NCBI GenBank assembly: GCA_000002435.2 | Contig: CM018793.1 | Strand: one strand, 5' to 3' | Source of the DNA: Giardia intestinalis | Lineage: Eukaryota | Length of the DNA: 64,000 bases | Shown: piece by piece, positions 1 through 10,358 of the stretch | Layout: each line of letters starts with the position of its first letter | How positions within the stretch are numbered: the stretch's first letter is position 1 | Position numbers and translations under genes: made by a program | The notes under the pieces: generated by a model | What the model was told of the DNA's origin: nothing | The model's input: the letters and a program-made list of their open reading frames with translations, nothing else | Databases searched by the model: none

Positions 1-332
1 ACAGGCGTATCCTGCGCTATTGCAGAGACTATCGTCTCTAGCATATCGGGCTGCGCTGGCTGGTCGATTAAATAGAGAAGAGGAAGAACGGCGGTAGAAA
101 TAAGCATCTCGACCTCAACAGGCATAGACGGCCAAAGGATCCTAAAAAGCTCCAGATAGCCCGTCGTGAGGACGCCGTCGGGCGCCTTGTACGTTGGTTC
201 GGTCAAATCGGCCTCAGCAACGTAGTTTGCGTGGACGCCCCCCACGTAGGCCAGGAGAGCTAGTGACACGGGGGCCCGATCGGCGCGAAACGTGATGGTT
301 GCGGCTGGTGTCTTGTCCTTCTTCGCGCACAT
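1..332 (-). CDS. Partial hypothetical protein. The ATG is at about 330..332 on the minus strand. The ORF stays open to position 1, so the C-terminus lies outside the window.
   Basis: Hand translation of the reverse complement of 1..332 gives MCAKKDKTPAATITFRADRAPVSLALLAYVGGVHANYVAEADLTEPTYKAPDGVLTTGYLELFRILWPSMPVEVEMLISTAVLPLLYLIDQPAQPDMLETIVSAIAQDTP with no stop. It is absent from the ORF track because it has no in-window stop. The ATG is preceded by an A-rich initiator (AGTAAATAAAAATG). Confidence 0.4.
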   Translation of the reverse strand, partial: MCAKKDKTPAATITFRADRAPVSLALLAYVGGVHANYVAEADLTEPTYKAPDGVLTTGYLELFRILWPSMPVEVEMLISTAVLPLLYLIDQPAQPDMLETIVSAIAQDTP

Positions 333-336
333 TTTT

Positions 337-343
337 ATTTACT
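337..343 (-). terminator. Giardia-type polyadenylation signal AGTAAAT for the proteasome ATPase gene, about 22 nt after its TGA.
   Basis: The reverse complement of atttact matches the AGTRAAY consensus established for Giardia mRNA 3' ends. It lies inside the A-rich initiator of the next downstream gene. Confidence 0.45.
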
Positions 344-365
344 AGGGAACAGCAGTGCGGGTGCA

Positions 366-1898
366 TCAGAGCTTGTTTGCTACAAGGTACTTGGCTGTGG
401 AGACGAGCCGTCGATAGTCTTTGACCACCTTGTTGATGGCCTTCAGGAAGTCGGCCTCGGAGATCAGACGTCTTTTATCACGCAAACAGTACATGCCTGC
501 CTCTGTACATATTGAGCGTATCTCGGCTCCGCTGGCGTTGGGGCTGAGGCGCGCAAGAAGCTTGACGCGGATGTTCTTTTCTACGCTCATCTTCCGGAGG
601 TAGATCTCGTATATTTCTTCACGGCCCTTCTGGTCCGGCAAGCCAAACTCTATCTTCTTATCAATTCTCCCTGGACGCGTCAGTGCAGCATCCAGGATGT
701 CTGGCCTGTTGCTCGCCATGATCACCTTCACATTTCCCCTCTGCTTGAACCCGTCCAGCTGCGTGATTAGCTCAAGCATCGTCCTCTGTACCCCAGTGTC
801 TCCTGTCTCACTTGCATTAACTGATCTCTTCAGCCCCCACGAATCTACTTCGTCAAAGAAGAGGATCGCTGACTTCTTTGTCCTCGCCAAGCTGAAGATC
901 TCACGAACTAGTCGTGCTCCCTCGCTGGAGTATTTCGAGATGAGCTCCGAGCCCAGAATACGAATGAAAGTGGACTCTGTACGGTTGGCCACTGCACGGG
1001 CTGTGAGGGTCTTGCCGCTGCCCGGAGAGCCGTAGAACAAGAGGCCCTTGCAAGGCTCTATGCCCAGGTTTGTGAATCTCTGAGGATGGAGCAGCGGAAG
1101 CTCTAGAGACTCGCGTATCAGCTTCAGCTGCTTAGCGCAACCGCCAATGTCTCTGTACGTTAGGTTAGGTCTATCATCAACCTGCATAAGGGAAACAAGA
1201 GGGTCAATCAAAGGCGGCAGAGGAAAACGGATGGCATACTTGGAGCGGTCGCAGGCCACGCGCATGCCCTCCTCAAGGTCTGCTGGCGCTATGTTTTCAT
1301 CTTTGCTGACAACGTAGTTGAGGTGCCCAAAAAGATCGATGCATGCACGCCACACAGGCTGTGTGCCCCCAAACCGCCTTGACTGGTCGGAAAAGAGCTG
1401 AGGAACCCCCAGGTCGCCTCCGTCAAGCGTGTGCAGATCAGCGGAGGCGGATGTGTCAGAGTCAGGGGGTCTGGGGATCTTGCTCGCCGCTTCCTGAAGT
1501 GCAGCCCCTGGGTCATGCGAAGAGGCAGGTCCGCCTTGCTGTGGAGCGACTCCGGTAGGTGTTATAACTGTGTTGTCATAGCCCAGTATGTTGGTAATTG
1601 TTGCTATTTGCAATGCCATGAAGTTGCGTACAATCGCTGCATCTCCCTCAATGTCCCATTGGCTTGGAGGCGCTAGGCCACAGTCAAGATCCTCGAGGCC
1701 GGAGTTTGTCTTAATGGTGTTGGCTAGGCGCGTTATGGACGTCTCTAGCTTTTCCAGCTCAGATGAATAGGGCCCCTTCCCGATCTGTTTGAGAAGGTCC
1801 AACTCGCTCTGATCGAGAGTTGGCATATTGGCTACAAACTCATCCATATCCGATTCTGTGTCGTCTCTGTATCGCCTCTTCTGGGCCTGTGGGGGCAT
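366..1898 (-). CDS. 26S proteasome regulatory AAA-ATPase subunit (Rpt family) with an extended N-terminal region.
   Basis: It has a Walker A motif in PCKGLLFYGSPGSGKT and a Walker B motif in ILFFDEVD. It has the second region of homology and a C-terminal helical domain (GAEIRSICTEAGMYCLRDKR) typical of proteasomal Rpt ATPases. The ATG start is preceded by AATAAAAAAATATC. Confidence 0.85.
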   Translation of the reverse strand: MPPQAQKRRYRDDTESDMDEFVANMPTLDQSELDLLKQIGKGPYSSELEKLETSITRLANTIKTNSGLEDLDCGLAPPSQWDIEGDAAIVRNFMALQIATITNILGYDNTVITPTGVAPQQGGPASSHDPGAALQEAASKIPRPPDSDTSASADLHTLDGGDLGVPQLFSDQSRRFGGTQPVWRACIDLFGHLNYVVSKDENIAPADLEEGMRVACDRSKYAIRFPLPPLIDPLVSLMQVDDRPNLTYRDIGGCAKQLKLIRESLELPLLHPQRFTNLGIEPCKGLLFYGSPGSGKTLTARAVANRTESTFIRILGSELISKYSSEGARLVREIFSLARTKKSAILFFDEVDSWGLKRSVNASETGDTGVQRTMLELITQLDGFKQRGNVKVIMASNRPDILDAALTRPGRIDKKIEFGLPDQKGREEIYEIYLRKMSVEKNIRVKLLARLSPNASGAEIRSICTEAGMYCLRDKRRLISEADFLKAINKVVKDYRRLVSTAKYLVANKL

Positions 1899-4605
1899 GA
1901 TATTTTTTTATTGTTGGTTCCATCGGGATCTACAGTTCTTGACATGGAACTTTTGCACCATGCACAAAGCGTGCCAGTGTGTTAGGACCCGAAAAATAAA
2001 TTCCATCTGCGTTGAAAATTCAGAACCCCTTATGTCTCTAACGGCCGTAAGCGATCTTCTTAAGGAAAGCGATGCCATGCTGGATGAGGTCCTGCGGATC
2101 AGAACCATTATTCAGCAGTCCAAAGACGCGTCTGCAGCAGAGCTTCTACGCCGCGTTCGCTATGAGGCGGCAGCCGCCCAGTTCATTCCCTCAGATACCA
2201 TAACCACGCAGCAACTGGAGGAAAATGCTAGGCTCTTGAAGGAGCAAGCGGAGGTCTCCAGTGACGCCTTTGATGATCTTAGGCTCACAGATGAGGAGGT
2301 GCACCAATTTGAGCTTGAGCTTCAGGAGAGAGCAGCAGAGGGCATCGATAAAGTTCCGAAGAGCAATCCTACCGGTGGACCGCCTAAACCCGGCTCTCGG
2401 CGTGGCCAACGAAATGTGAAGGGGTCTTCGGGTAAGCCACATCTCCAGGGTAAGTCCCGGGGTAGTGATCGCCTCCAGAAAGGGACTAGCCAGCCTCAGG
2501 GACCGTCCCGTGTACTAAGCGCTGATAGCTCCATGTCAGCAGAGCAAAGCGATTCGTCGCACAACTGTGGAGACTCAGCAGTTCTTCTCTCTGTCATTCT
2601 GCAAGAAGGCACCTCTTATGCACCAGAGAACCCTGACGGGGACCGCTGTGATGCAAACAGCGGAGTGCTCTCAGAGACGCAGGATCTTGATGAGATGCTT
2701 GACGGCCTTCTGGAGTACCACGAGAAACTGGAAAACGACCGTGTGGACGGGTGTCGGGGTCGGGTTTTCCAGACAGAATTGCCAACCATCCTGGAGTCTC
2801 AGACATCGTCCCCAGGCGCTTCCCAGTACACTGCATCTGAGGCATCCCTTCTTCCAGATCCAACATACAACCCCAATAACATCTACAATCCGAACTTTAC
2901 AGTACTATTAACTGAAAAAGAAAACGACAAAGTTGAGAAACTTTTGGCAGAGGATCTCCCCACTGAAAATGCGTTTCGGCTTTCAAACGAAGACATCCGC
3001 CGCGATGCCGAGATATGCGCACAGCTGTCCATGCTTGTTCCGCTGGACCGTAGCGACATGATCTATGCCCCAACCTTCACAACAGAAGCCTCTGCCGACG
3101 AAACCGTAGAGACGGCCTCTAAGCGGCCATCACGTCCTTACACGCACAACTCGTCCTCAACGCTCGTGACTTTGTCAGAGCCTTCCCATATGACGGAGCG
3201 AGGGCGGGAACTTTGGGCCAAGCATACCAGAGGCCTGTCACTGGGCGAGCCACTGGACATCTTTGTTCCTCGCCTCAAGTCTGGAGTCCCTGACTATTTG
3301 AAGGAGCAGCGGCGAGACAACATCTTGGTCCAATATTACTCTGCGATTTCACAGTGCTTGAACGAGCTTAAAAAAGACAGAAGCCTCATCCACATGACAG
3401 GAGAGAGAGTGAAAGAACTCCTCACGGACTTCTATATGACCCCAACAAACTTTGAACTAGTAGGAGACCTCCACAAAGCCATGGATAGTGTTGCGTCGAG
3501 CTCTCTTCCCTTGCGCAGTATAGGAGACGATGAGACCCCCCTAACACCTCAACTCATCCAGAAACCTGAAGACCTTGTACGGAACATCCTTCCTCCAGAA
3601 GATCGTGAAAAGCTAGACGACATTCTCTCAAGGGTGCGTAGCGATGCGTTGGAAGTTATTGAAACAGATGAGTATTACAAAGATCTGGATCTGACGGAGT
3701 ATATTAAGACGGCCACGGCTTTGCAGGACTTGAATGCCGATCCTGAATCCTCTCCTAAAAGCTACACAGCATATTCACGTGCACTAGATGTTGATGATAA
3801 TCCAGGGATACAGGATCCACTTCTTCTTAAGATCTACCGTGAGAGGCAGGCCGCTGCTCAAAACGCCGATAATATCGAGAACAGCAGCTGCGACTACAGC
3901 AGCATCAGTGATGATTATGATTTCGAAGATTATAAATCTAACCAACTTCTAACAGACCAAGAAATTAAGCGCGAGACCAAGAAGTTATTAGATGGAAAAG
4001 ATCAGGAGGGAGGGAAGTTGTATACGATATTGCAAGACGGAACAGGCCTAAACACCGAAGTAATGTCAGGGGCTGCAGGCCCTACCATAGCCCACTTCTC
4101 TCTGCACCAGGGCACTGACGTCAGCACTGCAGGGCTGGGAGGCACAACGGCAACATCTGAGGCAACTGATAGGACTGCCAACAAGACCAAGATCAAAACC
4201 AAAAAGCAGCTCACGAACACTGAACTGTTGGCCAAAAAGAGCAAAAATCTTAGCAACAAGTTCCAAGAGATAATAAACCGTTCTAAGCCATCAGAGATGA
4301 CTGCAGAGCTTAACCGCGTCTACGAGGATCTCCAGCCAGATGACGTAGACAAGATCCTTTCGGGTCCACAGGCCAATCAGCATATCCAGACACTCAAAAG
4401 GCAAGGGATAGCTTTACTGGATCTAGAGCCGGTCGGCACGGAGTGTTCAGGTCAGTCGATGACGACCCAGAACACGTCTGCATCGTCAACTGTGCTTGGA
4501 GCCTCATCTGGAAGAAGCTCTGCCAAGCCTGTCCTGGCAAAGTCGGGCACAAAGGCGTCGTCTTCAAAAGTTCATAGCAGAATTCCGCAAATACAAGATC
4601 ACTAG
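1897..4605 (+). CDS. Hypothetical acidic, Ser-rich protein. The track start at 1828 is a TTG. In-frame ATGs lie at 1897, about 1960 and about 2029, and which one is used is uncertain.
   Basis: A long ORF of 925 codons from the TTG. It has no recognised domain and contains low-complexity segments (NPNNIYNPN, SSCDYSSISDDYDFEDY). The stop is TAG at 4603..4605. Confidence 0.5.
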   Translation: MIFFYCWFHRDLQFLTWNFCTMHKACQCVRTRKINSICVENSEPLMSLTAVSDLLKESDAMLDEVLRIRTIIQQSKDASAAELLRRVRYEAAAAQFIPSDTITTQQLEENARLLKEQAEVSSDAFDDLRLTDEEVHQFELELQERAAEGIDKVPKSNPTGGPPKPGSRRGQRNVKGSSGKPHLQGKSRGSDRLQKGTSQPQGPSRVLSADSSMSAEQSDSSHNCGDSAVLLSVILQEGTSYAPENPDGDRCDANSGVLSETQDLDEMLDGLLEYHEKLENDRVDGCRGRVFQTELPTILESQTSSPGASQYTASEASLLPDPTYNPNNIYNPNFTVLLTEKENDKVEKLLAEDLPTENAFRLSNEDIRRDAEICAQLSMLVPLDRSDMIYAPTFTTEASADETVETASKRPSRPYTHNSSSTLVTLSEPSHMTERGRELWAKHTRGLSLGEPLDIFVPRLKSGVPDYLKEQRRDNILVQYYSAISQCLNELKKDRSLIHMTGERVKELLTDFYMTPTNFELVGDLHKAMDSVASSSLPLRSIGDDETPLTPQLIQKPEDLVRNILPPEDREKLDDILSRVRSDALEVIETDEYYKDLDLTEYIKTATALQDLNADPESSPKSYTAYSRALDVDDNPGIQDPLLLKIYRERQAAAQNADNIENSSCDYSSISDDYDFEDYKSNQLLTDQEIKRETKKLLDGKDQEGGKLYTILQDGTGLNTEVMSGAAGPTIAHFSLHQGTDVSTAGLGGTTATSEATDRTANKTKIKTKKQLTNTELLAKKSKNLSNKFQEIINRSKPSEMTAELNRVYEDLQPDDVDKILSGPQANQHIQTLKRQGIALLDLEPVGTECSGQSMTTQNTSASSTVLGASSGRSSAKPVLAKSGTKASSSKVHSRIPQIQDH

Positions 4606-4625
4606 AGGCTAGCGCGTGTCTACTA

Positions 4626-5753
4626 CTACTTCTTCATGCCAAGAACTCGGAGTATCGCGTCATCTCCCCCCACAACCGTGACCTTGGCCTCCTCATTGAT
4701 TCCTATCTTATTAATCCCACCTCTGCACACAGGAACCCTAAGGACTACCTCTTCTAGTTCATTGTTCCAGATCGTGAGTGTTCCGTCAGAGTGCCCGCAA
4801 TATATCAAGAAGGTTTTCTCCACGAATCGATGCGCAATAGACATGATTGGAACCTTATCAGTAATGGTTACATGGTTGAGTTTAGAGATATCTCCTTCAT
4901 AGTTTTCATAAATAGCGAGAGTTCCATCTGAGTGGCCTACGAAGAGAAGATCATCGTCGGCAGTGAATGCAGTGACTCGCCCGCAATTGTTACTTGGAAA
5001 TGCTAAGTAGTCGGAGCAAGAAGAGGCAACCGCTGCTGCATCAGTCGACCCCCCTGGATTGACAAAGATAGTCTGACCATCGGCGCCACCGAAAACACAC
5101 ATGCTACCGAATGGATAGCACGCAATGACAGATTGTGTAAAGGCCTTCTTCTTCCAGAGGATGTCTCCGTTGCTCTTGTCGAGGACGAAGATACCTCCGT
5201 CTCGGGCGCCTATGCCCACATACTTTCCCCCAAAAATGCAGCAGGTCATTAGATTGGGCGCCGCCTTCATCTTTGGCAGGACAGACGTTTGCCAAACGAG
5301 CCTTGTTTGGTGCATGAGGCAGACCGTTGCATGGGACCCTCCGAAGACACTCTCTTGGGTTTCCCTGTCGAAGAACCCGTTGGCGATCGATCCCATCTGA
5401 ACCTGTTCCGTCCCCTTTGCGCCACCCTTCGCCCACGAGATGACACGCCCGTCCAGGCCTGCGCTGAGAATGTCGCCCGACCGGAGAATCGCAACAAAGG
5501 TGACCCACTCCACGTGACCGCCCTGCTTAAACAGTGTCCTGACGTGCTTCCCGTTGGGCAGGGTAAATACACGGATACTGTGATCTCCAGAAGCGCTGGC
5601 AACAAGCCATGGATCGGTACCATAGTTGTGCTGCTCCCAGTGAAAGTCGAAGAGGGCCCCATGACCCTCGTCGTGACCCCTGCATTCCAAAACGTGGGTG
5701 AAGAAGGGGTTCTGCGGCATGTCAACGCGGACAGTCTCAAAGCCCCCACTCAT
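4626..5753 (-). CDS. WD40 repeat protein.
   Basis: It has repeated beta-propeller signatures (GHSDGTLAIYE, GHSDGTLTIWN, SASGDHSIRVF, SAGLDGRVISW). It has an ATG start. Confidence 0.7.
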   Translation of the reverse strand: MSGGFETVRVDMPQNPFFTHVLECRGHDEGHGALFDFHWEQHNYGTDPWLVASASGDHSIRVFTLPNGKHVRTLFKQGGHVEWVTFVAILRSGDILSAGLDGRVISWAKGGAKGTEQVQMGSIANGFFDRETQESVFGGSHATVCLMHQTRLVWQTSVLPKMKAAPNLMTCCIFGGKYVGIGARDGGIFVLDKSNGDILWKKKAFTQSVIACYPFGSMCVFGGADGQTIFVNPGGSTDAAAVASSCSDYLAFPSNNCGRVTAFTADDDLLFVGHSDGTLAIYENYEGDISKLNHVTITDKVPIMSIAHRFVEKTFLIYCGHSDGTLTIWNNELEEVVLRVPVCRGGINKIGINEEAKVTVVGGDDAILRVLGMKK

Positions 5754-5792
5754 TTTTTACTTTTGTCCATCACTCTGCTCTACGCCTCTGAC

Positions 5793-6452
5793 TTACTCCT
5801 CCCGTCCAGAAATGGCCATGAGGATAATCATTCCGAAAAGCAGAACCTTCGCCCATTTGTGCTCTTGTAAAAGAATCGTCATGTATCCCAGGCCCGGAAG
5901 ATTGATTAGCATTTTCCCGACCAACTCATACGGCTCAAGGTACACTCTCCCCGTAGTATAAAGGAACGTGTCCTTGACTTTGTTTGCGTCTCCCTTTGTG
6001 ATGAATGCCAGTCTGCGACAGGGACTGGGCAGTGCTGGAGGGTTTGCAGCTTTTGCAATACTGGAAGGACCGTGATGCAACACGACTCCAGTAGCGTCTA
6101 CTACAGTGCTATTCACGTCACAAGGAAAGTCGTTGTCGATAATGACACGTCTCTCGGTAACTCTGTGGGATATCGGGATAGCCCTATGCATCAGCGAATA
6201 CCCCACGATGTCTCCGACTTCTATTCCCAGATTGTGGTTGGTGCTCTTAATTGCTGAGATGTCTCCTCGCATGAACCCGGGCACCATGGACCCCGTCAGA
6301 ACTACTATGCCCGGCATATCGTTGTTTAGAAAAAGCTTGAGGAGGTTCCAGTGCATGTAAGCTGTGCATATGGAAAGGACGAACTTCAGTATGTAGTAAA
6401 GAACGTCGAAAACAGAGAGCGAGCGCACGCGCTGGAGGGTCTTGGAGAGCAT
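5793..6452 (-). CDS. SEC11: Signal peptidase complex catalytic subunit (SEC11 / S26B family).
   Basis: It is 219 aa with an N-terminal transmembrane segment followed by VVLTGSMVPGFMRGD, which corresponds to the conserved VVLSGSMEPxFxRGD catalytic Ser box of SEC11. Size and topology fit the family. Confidence 0.65.
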   Translation of the reverse strand: MLSKTLQRVRSLSVFDVLYYILKFVLSICTAYMHWNLLKLFLNNDMPGIVVLTGSMVPGFMRGDISAIKSTNHNLGIEVGDIVGYSLMHRAIPISHRVTERRVIIDNDFPCDVNSTVVDATGVVLHHGPSSIAKAANPPALPSPCRRLAFITKGDANKVKDTFLYTTGRVYLEPYELVGKMLINLPGLGYMTILLQEHKWAKVLLFGMIILMAISGREE

Positions 6453-6478
6453 AGTTTTTAAATTGGAAGCCTTACCAA

Positions 6479-8056
6479 CTAGGTCTTTGTAGCGGATTCC
6501 TCGTACTTTGCCGCATGTGGTCCGCGAAGGAATAGTTCACAGAGGTTCTGAATAGTGAACTCTGCTCCTCTAGTATCATCACTGTCCAAATTGAGGATAA
6601 TGCTACAGTCGCTAATCATATCCGTAGAGGTCAGACAATGAGACACGCAGAAGATCTGGTCAATTTCGTGACTGAGTCGATTGTAGACACTACTATTTAG
6701 AGTTAGTCGCACCCATACAGTGTATCGGTTGGCCGTCAAAGCTAGTGACCAGTCCAGATACTTAAGGATTGCCTCTTGGATGTCTGTCAGACACGTCTGA
6801 GGCGGCAGAGTTAAGAGCTCGTTTGCGTTGGCAAACAATGTGGTTTCTATCTCTGGCAGGAAGAACGTTTGGGGAAGAGATGGCCTATCTCCAGAGTGGG
6901 TAGTGGAGTAAAATGTATTAGCCGATGCCTTAAGCAACGATTCGCGGGAAGGCAAAAGAGTTTGGCTAAGAGAGCTATTTAGAGTGATGGCTTGAAGGTC
7001 GCCAACGTAAGGTAGGGTAATCGAGGACGTCACCTCATCGCATGCCTGGTTCAATGCTTTCCCCACATCTTGGCAACGAGAGAGAAGGCCCGCATATTCC
7101 TTCAGCGTGTATATAGGTATATTTGTGAGAAGAGCAAAGATCACAATAGGGCTTATCCAGAGCTCCACGGCATCCACCAAACACAACATCGCGTCTCTGT
7201 TGGCCATCACTAGACTCCAGTTATATGCAAGCTGTGCAAACAAATCGAAGAGCCGCCGGATCAGAACGTACTTACCCTTTAGGGAGTCTCCATACCAGCC
7301 AGTCGACCCCGCAGTTGATGCATTTGTGCCTCCAAGCAGTCGCGGAAGTATCTCATCCAATTCTGAGGTGTCCTGGCACGTGGTAAGAATGTAGAGGGTG
7401 TCGCACTTGGGCTGCAAAACAGTCAGTGACAAGCTAGACTCATCGAGAACAGATGAAAAGGAGTTCTCCTGTGCTGTTGGTGTGAAGGGGTTCTGTCTTA
7501 GAATGAAGCTAGGGTGCATCCGAAACCGAGCAGAGGCCAGGACTTTGCTAACGGAGGGCTGCTCCAGGACTGTCTTGGATAAATCGGAGAGACACATGCT
7601 TGCCTGATTGGCGTCCTTGATGCTAATGATTGCGGAAGATACGGTAGCAAACTCTTCGTGCCGGACGCCAACAGGATCCGCGTCCGCTGTAGAAAAACGT
7701 GCAGAGGGCTGCCAATTATTACCAGATACTGACAGGTGAGTGTGCTGCGATACGTCTCGCTCGTGCTTATCTAAATAAAACGCTACAGTGTATGTGCCAC
7801 GCTGGCTTGCCGAGATGCTAAATGGAGGTTTAAATGCAAAGCTGTCCGTGGATATACGGCTCCACGTGCCATTGACGGGCTTAAAATACATGGACTTTGG
7901 ATAGCTTTCGAGGTAGACCTTCCCATCGTTCATGCGAAACGTCACCTGTAGAAGAGCATTTGGAGGAAACCAGCGAGGAGCTATGTCATGCAGAAACCCG
8001 GTCTTCAAGCTGCCGGTCTCCCACTTCTTGTTTTTGTGCCGAAAGATAATACGCAT
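6479..8056 (-). CDS. Hypothetical protein (525 aa).
   Basis: A long ORF with an ATG start. Only 7 nt separate its start codon from the stop of the upstream gene. No motif recognised. Confidence 0.55.
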   Translation of the reverse strand: MRIIFRHKNKKWETGSLKTGFLHDIAPRWFPPNALLQVTFRMNDGKVYLESYPKSMYFKPVNGTWSRISTDSFAFKPPFSISASQRGTYTVAFYLDKHERDVSQHTHLSVSGNNWQPSARFSTADADPVGVRHEEFATVSSAIISIKDANQASMCLSDLSKTVLEQPSVSKVLASARFRMHPSFILRQNPFTPTAQENSFSSVLDESSLSLTVLQPKCDTLYILTTCQDTSELDEILPRLLGGTNASTAGSTGWYGDSLKGKYVLIRRLFDLFAQLAYNWSLVMANRDAMLCLVDAVELWISPIVIFALLTNIPIYTLKEYAGLLSRCQDVGKALNQACDEVTSSITLPYVGDLQAITLNSSLSQTLLPSRESLLKASANTFYSTTHSGDRPSLPQTFFLPEIETTLFANANELLTLPPQTCLTDIQEAILKYLDWSLALTANRYTVWVRLTLNSSVYNRLSHEIDQIFCVSHCLTSTDMISDCSIILNLDSDDTRGAEFTIQNLCELFLRGPHAAKYEESATKT

Positions 8057-8063
8057 ACCCTCT

Positions 8064-10358
8064 TTAATTTACCACCGTTGGGGTTACAACGATGCGGTCA
8101 GCCAATAGCCGAAGACTCGCCATTAGCCGTCTGCTGTGACCAAGGTTTTCCCGAGAGACCCGTGCCTTCTTTCTGTACATCACAAGAGAAGAGTAGAGCA
8201 CCTTCAACGACTCCGCAACAATCTCGTTGGCTACAAAGAACAAGGAGGTATTTTCGATTAGAGATAAATAGTCTTGCAATGTATCACATGCAATGCTAGC
8301 GATCTCCGCGTCTGCATCAAAGGACGCTTGTTGCCTTTGCACAGCACGTATTGTACGAAATACGTACTTTAGCCGCAGAAGAGAAAAGCCCTTGCCGCCT
8401 CCCTTGTTTCTCTCATTAGTTAGCGAACCGAGAGAGTCGAAAAATAAAGACCACAATCTACGAAGAAGAGCGCCCAGTGTGTAGCTATCAATCACTTCAG
8501 GATGCTTGATAATCTCCTCTATGGAAAGCTTTCCAATCAGAATGGCCATTAGGACCGCAAATTTGTGGTGTCGAATGCCAGATGCTTTCGGTTCTGCGGC
8601 ACTGTAGTGTTCGAACTGAGCCGTCTGTCGCTGACCCACATTGAGGGCAGGGTGTGTTGAGTGTTGGATGTCTCCTAGAGCCCCATCATTGAGCATCATG
8701 AAATCTATCCCGGCGTCGTCCAGGATCAACCCCGTGGTGTTGTCGCGACCTATCAAGAAGTCAAGCCCAATCATGTCGTCGATCAACTCGTCATTATTGG
8801 CCATGTCTTCTCTAAAGCGGTCTCCCGGACCGGCAGCATTAGCATATGTAGTTCCTAGATCGACGAAAAACTTGTGCATGTCCGTTATCGGCTCGGAGGC
8901 CGTGATGTTATAGAGCTTACGTTGAACGTTAATGATTGCAGTACTGAGACGCTTCACATCCCTAGCCTCCTTGTCCCCGAGGACGTATCCATACCACCCC
9001 CCGTAGAACCGTATGTCCCCTACGCCCATGCGGGCAGCGGTGGCCAAGAGGGAGTGGATCAGGAAGTCAAATAGATAGAGCAGGCATCCTGGACAAGAGT
9101 TGTTGTAAGAGTAGATGTGCAGAGGCAGCAGGTCTTTCAGATACGCTGGAGGAACACCGTAGTGGCAACATCCCTGGGTCACCTCCAAGGATAGCACCTG
9201 TGCCTCCTGCGCAAGGCTGTTGGCACGATTGAATGTTGCACTGAAACCGTTCCAATCCACTATGTAAAGGGACCGTGAGATGGACGAAAGGATGGTGTGC
9301 ATAAGTCTCACATCCTCAACGTAAAAGCAAGGAATTTGATCTCTGTAACGGTCTGGTACGTAGGAGCGCTTGTGGAAGAACCTTTTCCTGGCCATTTCTG
9401 CGGAACTCTGGCCTGGCTTGGCTTCTCCTAATCGACTGAAGAGCTCTGTACGTCTCCTGGCTTCGGCTCCGCTTTCTCCAAACTGAACTGCAATTGCATT
9501 GATATTGGTTGCATCCATAACATCGCTCTCTGCAGCTAAAATCTCAGCTACGCGTCTTGCTAATAAGTCATAGGTTTGCGCCCCAAAGCCAATGGAGAGC
9601 GATGCAGACACGGGCAGAAGCATGTCTGGTCGCTCCAAGATGTCTATTGGTCGTGAGACAAGTGCGCCGTGAAAGACTGCCACAAATCTTATCATTGCGA
9701 TGGACGGAAGGACCAGGTAGTAAATCATATGATAGTTCACGGCGATGGTGGACGGCGCATTCCGTACGAGAAGGTTGAGTAGCCATGCGACGCACGAGAA
9801 GAGGATTGTCCAGCGTATGGCAGCACTGAGAATAAAGATCAGGGTGACCTTGATCGAGTGGCGCAGACCCGCATAGATGCCGATGTAATATGGAGACGTG
9901 AGTCGCAGGGTACCCTTTGCGTGTACTATAGAGCGAAGAAAGAGAGTGAAGAGAACCGTGACAAGTGCATATACAAGAGCGTCTGTGCTTTCGAGCCAAG
10001 TCAAGTCCACAGGTGAGAAGCGCGAGGCCAGCGTAAAGACATCACTATTGGGGCTTGTGTAGGCAACTCTCGGCTCCAGATGCAAAAGCTCGAGTGTGAA
10101 TAGAAACCCGAAAACCAGAACGAGTGGGGTGCCCAGGGAATTGTTCCGAGAGTAGTAAAGGCATGATGTGAGGAAGGGTGACAGGAAGAGGAACAAGGTG
10201 GTAACAGGCGTCCGGTCGTAGACCTGGGGCATGCAGGCGTAAAAGACCATCGAGAGAAACGTATTACAGAGGATCGTCACAAACGCGCATCGGAATGTCC
10301 ACGTCCGCATGAACGAGCGAATGCTGTCGTTGGTGCTACATATAAACGATGGCAGCAT
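8064..10358 (-). CDS. Multi-pass membrane protein with a large C-terminal soluble domain (764 aa), function unknown.
   Basis: There are about 6 to 8 hydrophobic helices in the first roughly 250 aa and then a soluble domain of about 500 aa. It has an ATG start. I could not place it in a family from sequence alone. Confidence 0.55.
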   Translation of the reverse strand: MLPSFICSTNDSIRSFMRTWTFRCAFVTILCNTFLSMVFYACMPQVYDRTPVTTLFLFLSPFLTSCLYYSRNNSLGTPLVLVFGFLFTLELLHLEPRVAYTSPNSDVFTLASRFSPVDLTWLESTDALVYALVTVLFTLFLRSIVHAKGTLRLTSPYYIGIYAGLRHSIKVTLIFILSAAIRWTILFSCVAWLLNLLVRNAPSTIAVNYHMIYYLVLPSIAMIRFVAVFHGALVSRPIDILERPDMLLPVSASLSIGFGAQTYDLLARRVAEILAAESDVMDATNINAIAVQFGESGAEARRRTELFSRLGEAKPGQSSAEMARKRFFHKRSYVPDRYRDQIPCFYVEDVRLMHTILSSISRSLYIVDWNGFSATFNRANSLAQEAQVLSLEVTQGCCHYGVPPAYLKDLLPLHIYSYNNSCPGCLLYLFDFLIHSLLATAARMGVGDIRFYGGWYGYVLGDKEARDVKRLSTAIINVQRKLYNITASEPITDMHKFFVDLGTTYANAAGPGDRFREDMANNDELIDDMIGLDFLIGRDNTTGLILDDAGIDFMMLNDGALGDIQHSTHPALNVGQRQTAQFEHYSAAEPKASGIRHHKFAVLMAILIGKLSIEEIIKHPEVIDSYTLGALLRRLWSLFFDSLGSLTNERNKGGGKGFSLLRLKYVFRTIRAVQRQQASFDADAEIASIACDTLQDYLSLIENTSLFFVANEIVAESLKVLYSSLVMYRKKARVSRENLGHSRRLMASLRLLADRIVVTPTVVN

